Assembly: GCA_951406725.2 (NCBI GenBank)
Contig: OX597834.1
Span: 32,488,001-32,552,000 of the forward strand
Reading direction: 5' to 3'
DNA: 64,000 bases
Source of the DNA: Octopus vulgaris
Taxonomy: Eukaryota
In this document: positions 52,591 through 64,000 of the stretch, one piece after another
Layout: the number at the start of each line of letters is the position of its first letter
How positions within the stretch are numbered: the stretch's first letter is position 1
Notes under the pieces: model-generated
Database searches by the model: none
Seen by the model: the letters and a program-made list of their open reading frames with translations, nothing else
Told to the model about the DNA's origin: nothing
Made by a program: the position numbers and the translations under genes

Positions 52591-53614
52591 AAGCACTCAG
52601 ACCTCCCACTCAAATCTCCCAACACCTTGTCTTGCCACAGATATGAAGGTCAACAGTACAATAGTGAGAGGTGGAGAAGAGAAGAGAAAGAGGAGAAGCA
52701 GAAGAGGAGGAGGTAACATCAGATTATGACCAAGGGTCATGGTCACCACCATGATAACTAGCATAGCAAATCCCACTCCAAGGTGAAAGATAAGAAGAGA
52801 GGAAGAGAAAGTGGTAGGTCAGAGGTCAAGGTCATTATCACACACACACACACTAACCTTTGTCTTAAAGACTAGCAAGTTGTTGTTGTTTAACCCCAGG
52901 TAAGGCCTTGATTAACCCTCTAACATTTAAACTGGTCATATCCAACACAAAGATTCTATCTGTTTTATGCTCAAACTGGCCAGATCCAGCCTCTCACACC
53001 TATCTGACAATGTCATTCTAAAAATAAGCAACCATATTATTGAAGTCTCAAATCTACTATACAATGGTTCTGCAAGTTTTTCCGGGATGCCACCTCCTGC
53101 CACCCCACGCTAAATCTCAACTCGAAAAACCCCATATTTCACAAAAACTTGACCTAATTAACCCATTATTTTGTTTGCTTTTACATCCATTGGCCACCCC
53201 GTTACCATCTCCCCTTTCCTTCAATGCCCACACTGAATCTCCCCCCCCACCCGGGTGGAGATAGGGGGAGCAGTGCCACCCACTTTGGGAACAACTGTAT
53301 AAGATAATCCATGTTTAATTCAAAACAGGGATTAACATTTAAAGCAGTCATATTAGGCCCAAGTATCTTGGCCGGTATTGTGTTCAAAGTGGCCAGATCC
53401 AGCCTTTCACACTCACCCTACAATGTCGTTCAATTGCATGATTGAAATCCTTAAGTCTACGAGATAACAACTGATTAATTGAAAACAATGTGCATAGACA
53501 AGCATCATATTTGACAAAGTAATCTGAAATGCTAAAGGGTTAACAATCAAACCAGCCATATTCAGCCTCTCACACCTGCCCTGCAATGTCATTCTAAACG
53601 TAATCTTATCATTT

Positions 53615-54030
53615 GTGCAGGAGTGGTGTGGTTGTATGGTAAGAAGCTTGTTTCCCAACCATATGGTTCCAGGTTCAGTCCCACTTTGTGGCACCTTGGG
53701 CAAGTGTCTTCTACTATAGCCTCGGGCTGACCAAAGACCTGTGAGTGGATTTGGTAGACAGAAACTGAAAGATGCCTGTTGTATATGTGTGTGTGTGTGT
53801 GTGTATATATATATACAAGGCGGCGAGCTGGCAGAAACGTTAGCACGCTGGGCGAAATGCGTAGCTGTATTTCGTCTGCTGTTATGTTCTGAGTTCAAAT
53901 TCCGCCGAGGTCGATAAATTTCGGGGTCGATAAATTAAGTACCAGTTACGCACTGGGGTCGACGTAATCCGTTTGTCTGTCCTTATTTGTCCCCTCTGTG
54001 TGTAGCCCCTTGTGGGTAGTAAAGAAATAT
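53615..54030 (+). mobile_element. SINE A 5' part followed by a SINE B copy at its microsatellite
   Basis: Family A head 53615-53790, a (TG)/(TA) tract, then family B 53817-54030. Confidence 0.8.
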
Positions 54031-54139
54031 ATAAATATATATATATATATATACACACAAAAATAAGCAACAAGAATGAATCCGGTAATTTAGTACAATT
54101 ATTTCATACTACAACATTTGAATCTAAATTGTTGCTGAT

Positions 54140-54211
<72 letters not shown>

Positions 54212-55094
54212 TCTATTGGAATGAACAGATAGGTCAACATGTAATTTTTTAATGTCCGACTTTTCTCTGATGATATTTTGCTCGTAATTCATTAATGCAA
54301 ATTTAATGCATAAATTTTTAATTTATTCAATGAGTACAAATGAAAACAGCTGTAGGAAGAAATGATTGTTGATTTATTAATAAATAAACATTAAACAATA
54401 ATTCTCCATTTTCTTCTCTTAATTTAATACGGATATATATATTATATATTCTTCTATTTGCTTCAGTCGTTTGACTTCGGCCATGCTGGAGCACCACCTT
54501 TTAATTGAAAAAAATCGACCTCAGGAACTTATTCTTTGTACTTATTCTATTGATATCTTTTGACGAACTGCTAAGTTACGGAGACGTAAATATACCAACA
54601 TTGGTTGCCAAGCGACAGTGGGGAGACAAACACAAAGACACACACATAAGTATATATATATATATATATATACGACGGGCTTCTCTCAGTTTCCATCTAC
54701 CAAATCAACTCACAAGGCTTTGTTCAGCCTGAGGCTGTAGTAGAAGATACCTGTCCAAGATTCCATGCAGTGGGGCTGAACCCAGAACCATGTGGTTGGG
54801 AAGCAAGCTTCTTACCACACAGCCACGTCTGCACTTATATATACATACATACATATATGTGTGTGTGTGTGTTTGTTTGTCCCCCATCACCATTTGACAA
54901 ACGGTATTGGTGTGTTTGTATCCTCGTAATGTGAAGGTATTGGTGGTGAAATGGTAGTTGTGGTGATGGTTGTGGTAGGATGGTGATGATGATGATGATT
55001 ATAATTAAAATGATGATGATGGTGGTAATGATGATGATGGTGATGAATGTTTAGATGATGATGTAACAACTGATGAATGTTTAGTAAATAAATG

Positions 55095-55129
<35 letters not shown>

Positions 55130-55462
55130 TTTGCTGTTTTTGTTGTTGTTTACCTGTGAAAATAAATTCCAAAACTGGTAGAGAGAGATGTTTAATATGT
55201 AAACCTGAAAGGGTAAACAAAAAAAAGAATAAATATATATTCATACATACAAGCATATATATATACAGACATATATATATAGATACACATAAACAATAAA
55301 CAATACATACCTATATAGCAAACTACAACCCTCATATCTATATATACACACATATATAAACATATATACATACAAACATATACATACATATATATACATC
55401 TACATAAAAACATAGACAAACATATACATACATATATATACATCTATATATAAAAAACATAA

Positions 55463-55700
<238 letters not shown>

Positions 55701-57089
55701 CAACAACAATTGAAGATTCCATGCACAGACTTCGGGCAAACATAAACGTAAGAAAGAAAATGTGTAAACACAGAAGTGTTAAAACATTGATGGAATCTGT
55801 TGAACAAACATGAAACTTGCTGGGCAGGCCCTACCTGACGTCTGCTTGACATTTAGAAATAGCAGTCAAATACCTCACATGTAACAGATTAATGTCTTAA
55901 AGATACAAGGAAAGAAAAGAAAAAATTACATTGGGTAATGTAGTCTTTTCTTTGATTTTTTTTTCTTGGTCATTGGGCTCTGGCCATGTTGGGGCATCTC
56001 CTTGAAGGTTTTGTTGAACATGCAGATCCTAGTAATCATCATCATCATTATTGTTTAACGTCCGCCTTCCATGCTAGCATGGGTTGGACGATCTTGACTG
56101 AGGGCTGGCGAACCAGATTGCTGCACCAATCTTGATCTGGTAGAGTTTCTACAGCTGGATGCCCTTCCTAATGCCAACCACTCCAAGAGTGTAGTGGGTG
56201 CTTTTTACATGCCACCGGCACGGGGCCAGTCAAGATGTACTGGCAATGACCTTGCTCGAATCTTTTTACACATGCCACCTACACAGAGGGCCAGTAAGGC
56301 AACGTTGGTAATGATCACGCTCGAATGGTGCTTGTTCTATTGGTCTCTTTTGCTGAACCGCTAAGTCACAGGGATGCAAACACACATTGTCAAGCAATGT
56401 TGGTAGGGGACAAACACAGACAAACATATACACACACATACATATTTATATATATACATATATATGACAGGTTTCTTTCAGTTTCCATCTACCAAATCCA
56501 CTCACAAGGCTTTAGTCGGCCCGAGGCTATAGCAGAAGACACTTGCCCAAGGTGCCACGCAGTGGGAATGAACCCAGAACCATGTGGTTGGTAAGCAAGC
56601 TACTTACCACACAGCCACTCCTGTGCCTGTTGATGACAGCATCTCCTCTCTAATGTCAATGACAACACCAACCCTTCCAACCATACCTCATTGTTACTGA
56701 CTATTATTCCACTCGTCAAGACATCCACCACACCGTCATTGAAAGAGCACACATGCACACACACACATTCTAGAACAGATCTAGAAGAGAAAGTTTCAAG
56801 AAATCCACTTGGAAACCATTGCTTCTCAAATTGCTTCTCTCTCATTAACACAGCACTAGACCAAATCTTGTCTTAATATCATGAACAGCCTCAGAGTCGC
56901 ATCGTTTGAAGGGAGTTATGTGTGCTTTCTCTGGGAGAGGGTCCCACGTTGGTTATTTGAGCCTTGCATTGCAAAGTAAACTCAAGGTGTCCATAACAAG
57001 TCCTTAACTCTTCACGATTTCATAAAAGAAAAGACCTTAATGCATTGAGCAGTCATTACAACATTAGCTTAAACACAATTATACACACC

Positions 57090-57125
<36 letters not shown>

Positions 57126-57964
57126 GTAGTACACACACATATACACATACAGCCAAACAACCAAGCACAGAGCTCTTCTCCTCTCTACTTCCAGTTCTCT
57201 ATATAAGTACATATCACACATCCGGCAGTTCTCAGGAATGGTGCCAAGCTTCTGGGGGTCTTCATATGAGTCAGTCCACTCACTCACTCCACCACCACCA
57301 CCACTGCCACCATCACCACCACCACCACTACAACCGCCACCATGATCTTACATACACTACCACTTCACACCAACTCGGGTTCCCCGCCCACCCATCCACC
57401 TGCACTCACCAATCCTGAAACCACCACCACCACCACCACCACCACACTTTCTCTTTCTCTCTGTCTCTATCTATCTCATACCACCACCACCTCCACTCTT
57501 GTTCCTTCTCTCTCTCTATCTTAACCCCCTCCCCGCCAACATACACACACACACACCTGCACTCACCAGTCCTGAAACTACCACAGCCAACACCACCACC
57601 ATCAGTGGTGCAACAGTTATTAGAATCCTTCAGGAAGAAGGTATAGTCATTACACACACACACACACAAACCTTACTGTTGGTTTTCTTTTTGAAGACTT
57701 TGTGCCCTTATCCTGTCAGAGATCAGTTCAAGAGATAAAGTCTGACTGTTGAGTGAACAACAAACAGATAAAATAGTTTAAAATAAAATAATTATACACC
57801 CATCTGTGCGTGAGTATGTATGTATATGTATGCATGTATGTATGTGTCTATGTATGCATATATATATATATATATTTGATATTAGCCGTTAGAAGTACAA
57901 GTATGAGATATCTAAAATAACTGTTGCAGATAATCTATTTTATATTAAATATTTAACAGTTCAT

Positions 57965-58684
57965 TTTCATCATCATCATCATCATCATCATCCTCATCGC
58001 TTAGTGTCTGCTTTCCATGCTGGCATGGGTTGGATGACTTGACTGGAACTGCTGGGGGGGGGGGGGGGGGGGCTGCACCAAGTTCCAGTCCGATTTCGCA
58101 TGATTTCTACAGCCGGATGCCCCTCCCAATGCCGACCACTACAAGAGTGTAATGGATGCTTTTTGCATGCCACCGGCACGAGTGGTGTGGTGTGCCAGCA
58201 GCACAAGTGCTTTTATGTGCCACTGGCACAGGTGCCATTAACACCACACCGTCATCAGCCACGACTACAGTTTCACTTGGCTTGATGAGTCTTCTCCAAC
58301 AGCATATTGCCAAAGGTCTTGGTCACTAGTCATTGCCTCCATGAGGCCCAACATGCCTCACCACCTCGTCCCATGTCCTCCTGGGTCTACCTCTTCCTCG
58401 GGTTCCCTCCACAGTTAGAAATCAGCATTTTTCTACACAGTTGTTCTTGACCATATATGCATCACATGGTCATACCAGTTCAGTCGTCTCTCTTGTACAC
58501 CACATCTGATGCTTCTTATGCCCAGTTTTTTCTCTCAAGTCATTTACATTCTGATGTACATGTAGACAGCCATTGCATACTGGTTTCATTTTTTTCAAGT
58601 CTGCACATGTCCTCAGCTGTCACAGCCCATGTTTCACTGCTGTGTAGCATGGCTGTTCACACACAGGCATCATACAGTCTGCCT
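57965..58684 (-). mobile_element. RTE-clade LINE 3' end (ORF2 C-terminus + 3' UTR + (GAT)n tail)
   Basis: The minus strand translates GRLYDACV*TAMLHSSETWAVTAEDM...GIRSIRCGVQERRLNWYDHVM...VEGTRGRGRPRRTWDEVVR, then runs into the ggcatccggctgtagaaa...ccatgccagcatggaaagc-(GAT)n segment. Confidence 0.85.
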
Positions 58685-59255
58685 TAATTTTATATATGTA
58701 AATGTGTGTGTGTGTGTGTGTGTGTTCTTTCAGAGTTACATTGGATAATGCTTGTCGCTGAAGTGGTTAAGAAGCTTGCTTTGCAACCATGTGGTCTTGA
58801 GTTGAGCCCATGTGGCATGCTGGGCAAATGTCCTCTATTATAGCCCCAGGTCAAACAATGCTTTGCAGGTGGATATGATAAGATGGAAATTGTGTGTGTG
58901 TGTGTGTGTGATAGTGTTTGTCCCTGGCCTGCTGCCGCCACCACTAGCACTGCCTCCACTTGGTTTGTTTACATGCCTGTAACTTAGCAGATCAGTAAAA
59001 GACACTGGCAGAACAAATACCAAGAAAAAAAACCCAAAGACATAAGTATTAGGGTGCAATTTGTTTGACTAAACCCTTGAAAGAGGTGCCCCAGTATGGC
59101 CACAGTGCAACGACAGAAAGAAGTAATAGAGAAGAGAAAGATATCACTTGTTGTCACCACCATTTCCACTGCCACTATCACCACCACCAAGTCATGGTGG
59201 GGGACAAACACAGATATATATGCATGTGTGTATATGTGTGTATGTATGTATGTAA

Positions 59256-59290
<35 letters not shown>

Positions 59291-59701
59291 AATAAAATAT
59301 ATGCATATATATAAACATATATGTACGTACCTACCTCTACATGTACATATACACGCATATATGTGTACAGGACACCAAAAAGACGTCGAACACATAGAGA
59401 GACGAAAAACATAGACACAAACCAAGGAACAAGACAGGCAAAAAAGAGAGATACAGGACAATAAGCACAACGAAAAATACCCTTCTTCAGTCGCTAAAGT
59501 TTCATCTACTAAACGTTTCGAAGGATAAAAGCGAGACGTATACTTCGAATGAAAAATTCCTTCCTGCGAAAAGCAAATCAATTAAAATTCTGAGATCTTT
59601 TCGCAGAGGGGTAAAAAAAAGCAAGACGGTAACGACAGTACAAACATATAAACAGTATATATATATGTTTCTTCCCTTCTTTGTATCTTTCGTTTTCCTA
59701 T

Positions 59702-59736
59702 GTTTCTGATGAAGAGCTCTGCTCGAAACGTTAAAC
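59702..59736 (+). ncRNA. Minimal type I hammerhead ribozyme motif (Penelope-associated type)
   Basis: GUUU-CUGAUGA-A-GAGC(UCU)GCUC-GAAA-CG-UU-AAAC: intact CUGAUGA/GAAA/UH core, helix I GUUU/AAAC, helix II GAGC/GCUC, helix III reduced to palindromic AACGUU. Confidence 0.68.
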
Positions 59737-60035
59737 CCTCCTTCTTTCCTTCTTTCCTGAGCGTCCAATAACACTATACTTGTTCCACGTCCTCGCGTTG
59801 TTGTGTTTTCAGGTTTGGATTAACTTTATATACATATATGTGTATATATATATACATATATATAGTTGATCCTGCCAAACCTTCTAACCCACGTCCATGC
59901 TGGCATAGGTTGGCTGCTTTGACAGGATCTGAATGAGCCTAGGGACCGCATCATGCTCCAGCTAGGGACATCTGCATGGTTTCTACAGCTGGTTGCCCTT
60001 CCAGATCCCAACCATTTTACAGCAACTACCAGGTG

Positions 60036-60094
<59 letters not shown>

Positions 60095-60443
60095 CATGAT
60101 CGACCAGGTTATCAGATGTTGCTACACATCGCTGGTCATAATGTGCTTCACATTGTTTTAGCCTTCAAATGACGCCACCCTGTTGGCTAAGCGAGCAGGC
60201 CACATATATATATATATATATATATAATGTATGTGTCTGCATATGTAATTTCCAGGGCTGATGCTCATTGTAAAAGAATATGAACACCAGAAGAGTCTTG
60301 TTTCCTTCCATGCTAAGAAGACTTTAAAGGCATCATCTGCTTATAGTTATCAAAGCTCTAAAACAGAGGCAGTTGGGTGGCACCATTCAGAACCTCTAAA
60401 TCAGGTGCACATCACCCACTGAGGATTGGCACTGCTTGGAATT

Positions 60444-60487
<44 letters not shown>

Positions 60488-60689
60488 TGTATGTGTGTGA
60501 ATTTTAGGTACTTGTGTACTTTGTGAAGGGGGCGTGTACACCCTGTGCTGGAGGTAGCAGAAGTAGTGGTGGTGGTTCGGGGGTAGCGTGAGAGGGAGAG
60601 AAGGGTACTTTGTATAAAGGGTGGTGGAACGGGGGAGGGGGAATTGGAAATGGTGGTGTGGGAGGAGAGGGAGAGAGAGCAGACAACAG

Positions 60690-60721
<32 letters not shown>

Positions 60722-60858
60722 GCAGCAATCAGAGCAATAACAACAAGATGATCAATAACAATAACAGTAACAGCAACAATAATGACAAAAAGCAAACCAG
60801 TCTTGGATTTTAAGAGATTGTTGCCTCAAAGATAACATGGATTGGCTGGTATCCAGTA

Positions 60859-60897
<39 letters not shown>

Positions 60898-61492
60898 TAA
60901 ATGGAGGTGGTGGCGTTGGTGGCAGTTGAGGTGGTGGAGACAGCACTGAAGATAACACAGACTGGCATGGATCCAGAATCTGGAGGAGTGTGTGGTTTGG
61001 TAAATGGTGAGTGGAAGAGACAGAGAGAGAGAGAGAGAGTTATAGATAGATAAGGAGAAAGAAAGAGATAAGGAGGGAGAGCGTGAGAGGAGGAGGAGGA
61101 GGAAGGAGAAAAGTGGTTATAGGAGACAGAGAAATGGGGTGGGGTGGAGGAGGGGGGGGAGGACAGAGTGTGTGTGTGGGAGGGGTTGAAGAAAGTAGAC
61201 AGACAGACAGATCATTCTAGAAGCAATATAGGTAAACACGTGAGCAGAAATATATTCTCCAACATAGACACACATACTCTCTTTCTCTCCCTCTTTGTTC
61301 TACACACACACACACACACACACACACCCACAAATATACATACATATATGTGTGTGTAGCTATATCTGCATGTGTTTATATATATACATGTGTGTGTGTG
61401 CATATACATATATGTATATGAGTGTGTTTGCGCACATGCAAGTCTGTGTATATATGTGTGAGTGTTTATATTTATATCCCTACATATATACA

Positions 61493-61536
<44 letters not shown>

Positions 61537-61645
61537 ACCATCATCATCATCATATACAGATGTAAGTATATATATATATATGCACATGTATGAATGTATA
61601 TGCATATATATATCTATCTATCTATCTATCTATCTATCATCTATA

Positions 61646-61680
<35 letters not shown>

Positions 61681-62149
61681 ATATATATATATTAAAGCCA
61701 CCCCTGTATTTATTTAAAGCACATACATTTCAATGCTTACATGCCGAAAGACAAAAAAGTTAGGGTTTATTTAACCAAATTAGCAAATGTTTATGGATAA
61801 ATCCATGTAAAAATATATATTTACATGCAGACCGTTTAATAAACATACATGTAGCCCTGCTGTGCAAACGCGCCCAAGTATTCAGACAAGTGTACCTTCT
61901 CCTCACAGTAGAACAACTTGTCTATTTGCTCAGTTATGTCTATTTGTTAAATCTAAACATGTAAATTAATTTATTTACAACTTATCCACAAACACACTGT
62001 TTCAGTTCTTTGTGTTGTATTTTTTTTCATCTTTTACCTGTTTCAGTTATTGGATTGTGCTCATGCTGGAGCATTACTTTGGAGGGTTTAGCTAAACAAA
62101 TCAATCCTGGTACTTATTCTTTTCATTAAAAAAGAACAAGTTCTGGTAC

Positions 62150-62455
62150 TTAAGTTAAGTTAAGTTAATTTTTTGGCTCAAAAAGCAAAAAGCAAGGCCA
62201 TGTAGGGGGACATGGAGTTATGTACAGGGAGGGTGTTCGTGCAAAGAGTTCAGGCCATTTGTGGTCAAGAGAGACTTTGAACCGAGCGTTCGTCGGCATC
62301 TTCACTATCTTGTCCGGCAGCTTATTCCATGGATCCGCAACCCGGACGGAGAAAGCCCCGCTCCTTCGATTGAGAAGAAATCGTCGCAGATAGAGCTTTT
62401 CAGAGTGACCCCGCAGCTGACGCTCTGGAGCAGGAGTAAAGAACAGCTCATTCAA
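62150..62455 (-). mobile_element. CR1/L2-type LINE 3' fragment inserted in a SINE
   Basis: ORF 62165-62455 LRGHSEKLYLRRFLLNRRSGAFSVRVADPWNKLP is the typical CR1 C-terminus (RGH...F-S-x-RV...WN-x-LP). Tail (ttaag)n on +. SINE body sequence flanks both sides. Confidence 0.85.
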
Positions 62456-63282
62456 GACTTATTCTATCAGTCTTGTTCACCGAACTGCTAAGTTATAGGG
62501 GCATAAACAACATGCTAACACTGGTAGTCAAATCATGGTAGGGGACAAACACTGATGTGTCTGTGTGTGTGTGTGTGTGTGTGTGTCTGTGTGTGTGCGT
62601 GTATTTTCTATTGGTACTCCATCGCTTATGAGGACGAGGGTTCCAGTTGATCAGATCAACAGAACATCCTGCTCATGGAATTAACATGCAAGTGGCTGAG
62701 CACTCCATGGACATGTAGGTCTCAGGGAGATTCAGCATGGCACAAAATGTGACATGGTTGGGCCCTTTGAAATACAGGTGCTACTCCTTTTTGCCAGCTG
62801 AGTGGACTGGAGAAATGTGAAATCAAGTGTCTTGCTTAAGAACACAATGCACTGCCTTCTCCAAGAACTGAAACTACAATCTCATGGTCCTGAGTGCAAC
62901 ACACTAACCACTGAGTCACAGTAGGACTGAATCTAGAACTGCATTGCAAGGAAGTGAACTTCTTAGCAGAGGGCAGGGCAACCTTTCAGGAGAAGTGAGT
63001 TGCGTGAGACATGGCTTGTCATAAGGTGGCCTGCATTTTGCACGTGACTCTCTCAGCATAAACACACATGTGTATGTGTGTGTGTGTGTGTGTGTAAACA
63101 CATGCACACGCTCACATATATACACATAGTGTGATATATATATATAAAAGTAAATAAATGGAGTTGAACGCAGGTGTTATTGAAATTCTTCTACTTTCGA
63201 CATATGTTTCGAAGACAACAAATTTTCCGTGTTAACTGTAAACAAAGGATAATTCATTCATCCATTTATATATATATATATA

Positions 63283-63420
63283 CTTTATTTAAAGCAGCAG
63301 AAAATTCAACAAAACCTGTTACTCTGAGTTTCCCATTGCCGTTCAAAAACTGTCCGATGAACGGCAACGGGAAACTCAGAGTAACAGGTTTTGTTGAATT
63401 TTCTGCTGCTTTAAATAAAG
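63283..63420. repeat. Near-perfect inverted repeat (63-bp arms, 12-nt loop)
   Basis: ctttatttaaagcagcagaaaattcaac...gccgttca and tgaacggc...gctgctttaaataaag, one mismatch. Confidence 0.92.
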
Positions 63421-63744
63421 CATATTACTCTACCACTGGTATTTGAGTACTCTTTTTTCCACCTTCTTTCACATTTATGTGTTTACTCCGGTATATATAT
63501 ATATATATATATATAAAGGCTGCTCTCCTTTCTAAAAACACCAAGTGCTCTGCCTTGACCAATAGCATCCCCATTTTCCAGTCGCCATCTTGGATTTCCT
63601 GTACCCCTCTCGGCTGTAATCTGAGCCTGAATGAGGTGGGTTTCAGCAAGAAGTGTGTGAAACTCTAAGTGGTATGGAGCCAAATCAAACTAAGATAATA
63701 ATATTAATAATAATAATAGTAATAATAATAACATGTATTTATAT

Positions 63745-63817
<73 letters not shown>

Positions 63818-64000
63818 TGGGGGAGAGAAAGAGACTCAATTTATATCATCTTAATCCTTTCCAGCTGTTTAATCTGTTCCTATCAGCATAAATGTTAGGA
63901 TCTGATGGTGTTGGTGGTGGTGGTGTAGTATTGATAGTTGTTGGTGTGGTAGTAGTAGATTTGTACTGGTATGTAGTGCAGTAGGGGTGCTAGTAGTTTG

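Noticed and set aside
51147-52729. Numerous Y/I/C/V/H/T- or R/E-rich ORFs (also near 26171-26682, 39383-41615, 55192-55852, 61212-61717)
   Set aside because: Translations of dinucleotide microsatellites.
63483-63683. GC-richer 66-aa minus-strand ORF as an upstream exon
   Set aside because: No recognisable domain or convincing splice sites, bounded by microsatellites. Probably a repeat fragment; unresolved.

Overview
AT-rich, microsatellite- and SINE-dense eukaryotic DNA. The repeat landscape is what I would expect from a coleoid cephalopod such as Octopus (inference, not proven). Two protein-coding genes are supportable, both on the minus strand. One is a two-exon DNLZ/Zim17-type mitochondrial Hsp70 escort gene: exon 1 at 8087-7735, and exon 2 at 3162-3069, which the ORF track misses; 148 aa spliced. 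The other is a 908-aa Klumpfuss-type C2H2 zinc-finger factor encoded in one exon (46448-43722), with FRPW and PLDLS co-repressor motifs and a uORF that stops 2 nt before its ATG. The rest is several tRNA-derived SINE families, RTE and CR1/L2 LINE remnants, a decayed mariner, TTAA/hAT/other MITEs, diverged minisatellites and long microsatellites. Most interesting signals: (i) short non-coding elements embedded in (TA)n tracts that carry minimal hammerhead-ribozyme motifs of the Penelope-associated type (59702-59736 +, 30625-30662 -); (ii) several long fold-back palindromes and an inverted SINE pair that could form dsRNA; (iii) a ~43-bp-period array with a conserved palindromic core; (iv) clustered nuclear-receptor direct repeats around the zinc-finger gene. 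Repeat boundaries are read by eye and approximate. Most entries in the ORF track are microsatellite or repeat artefacts.
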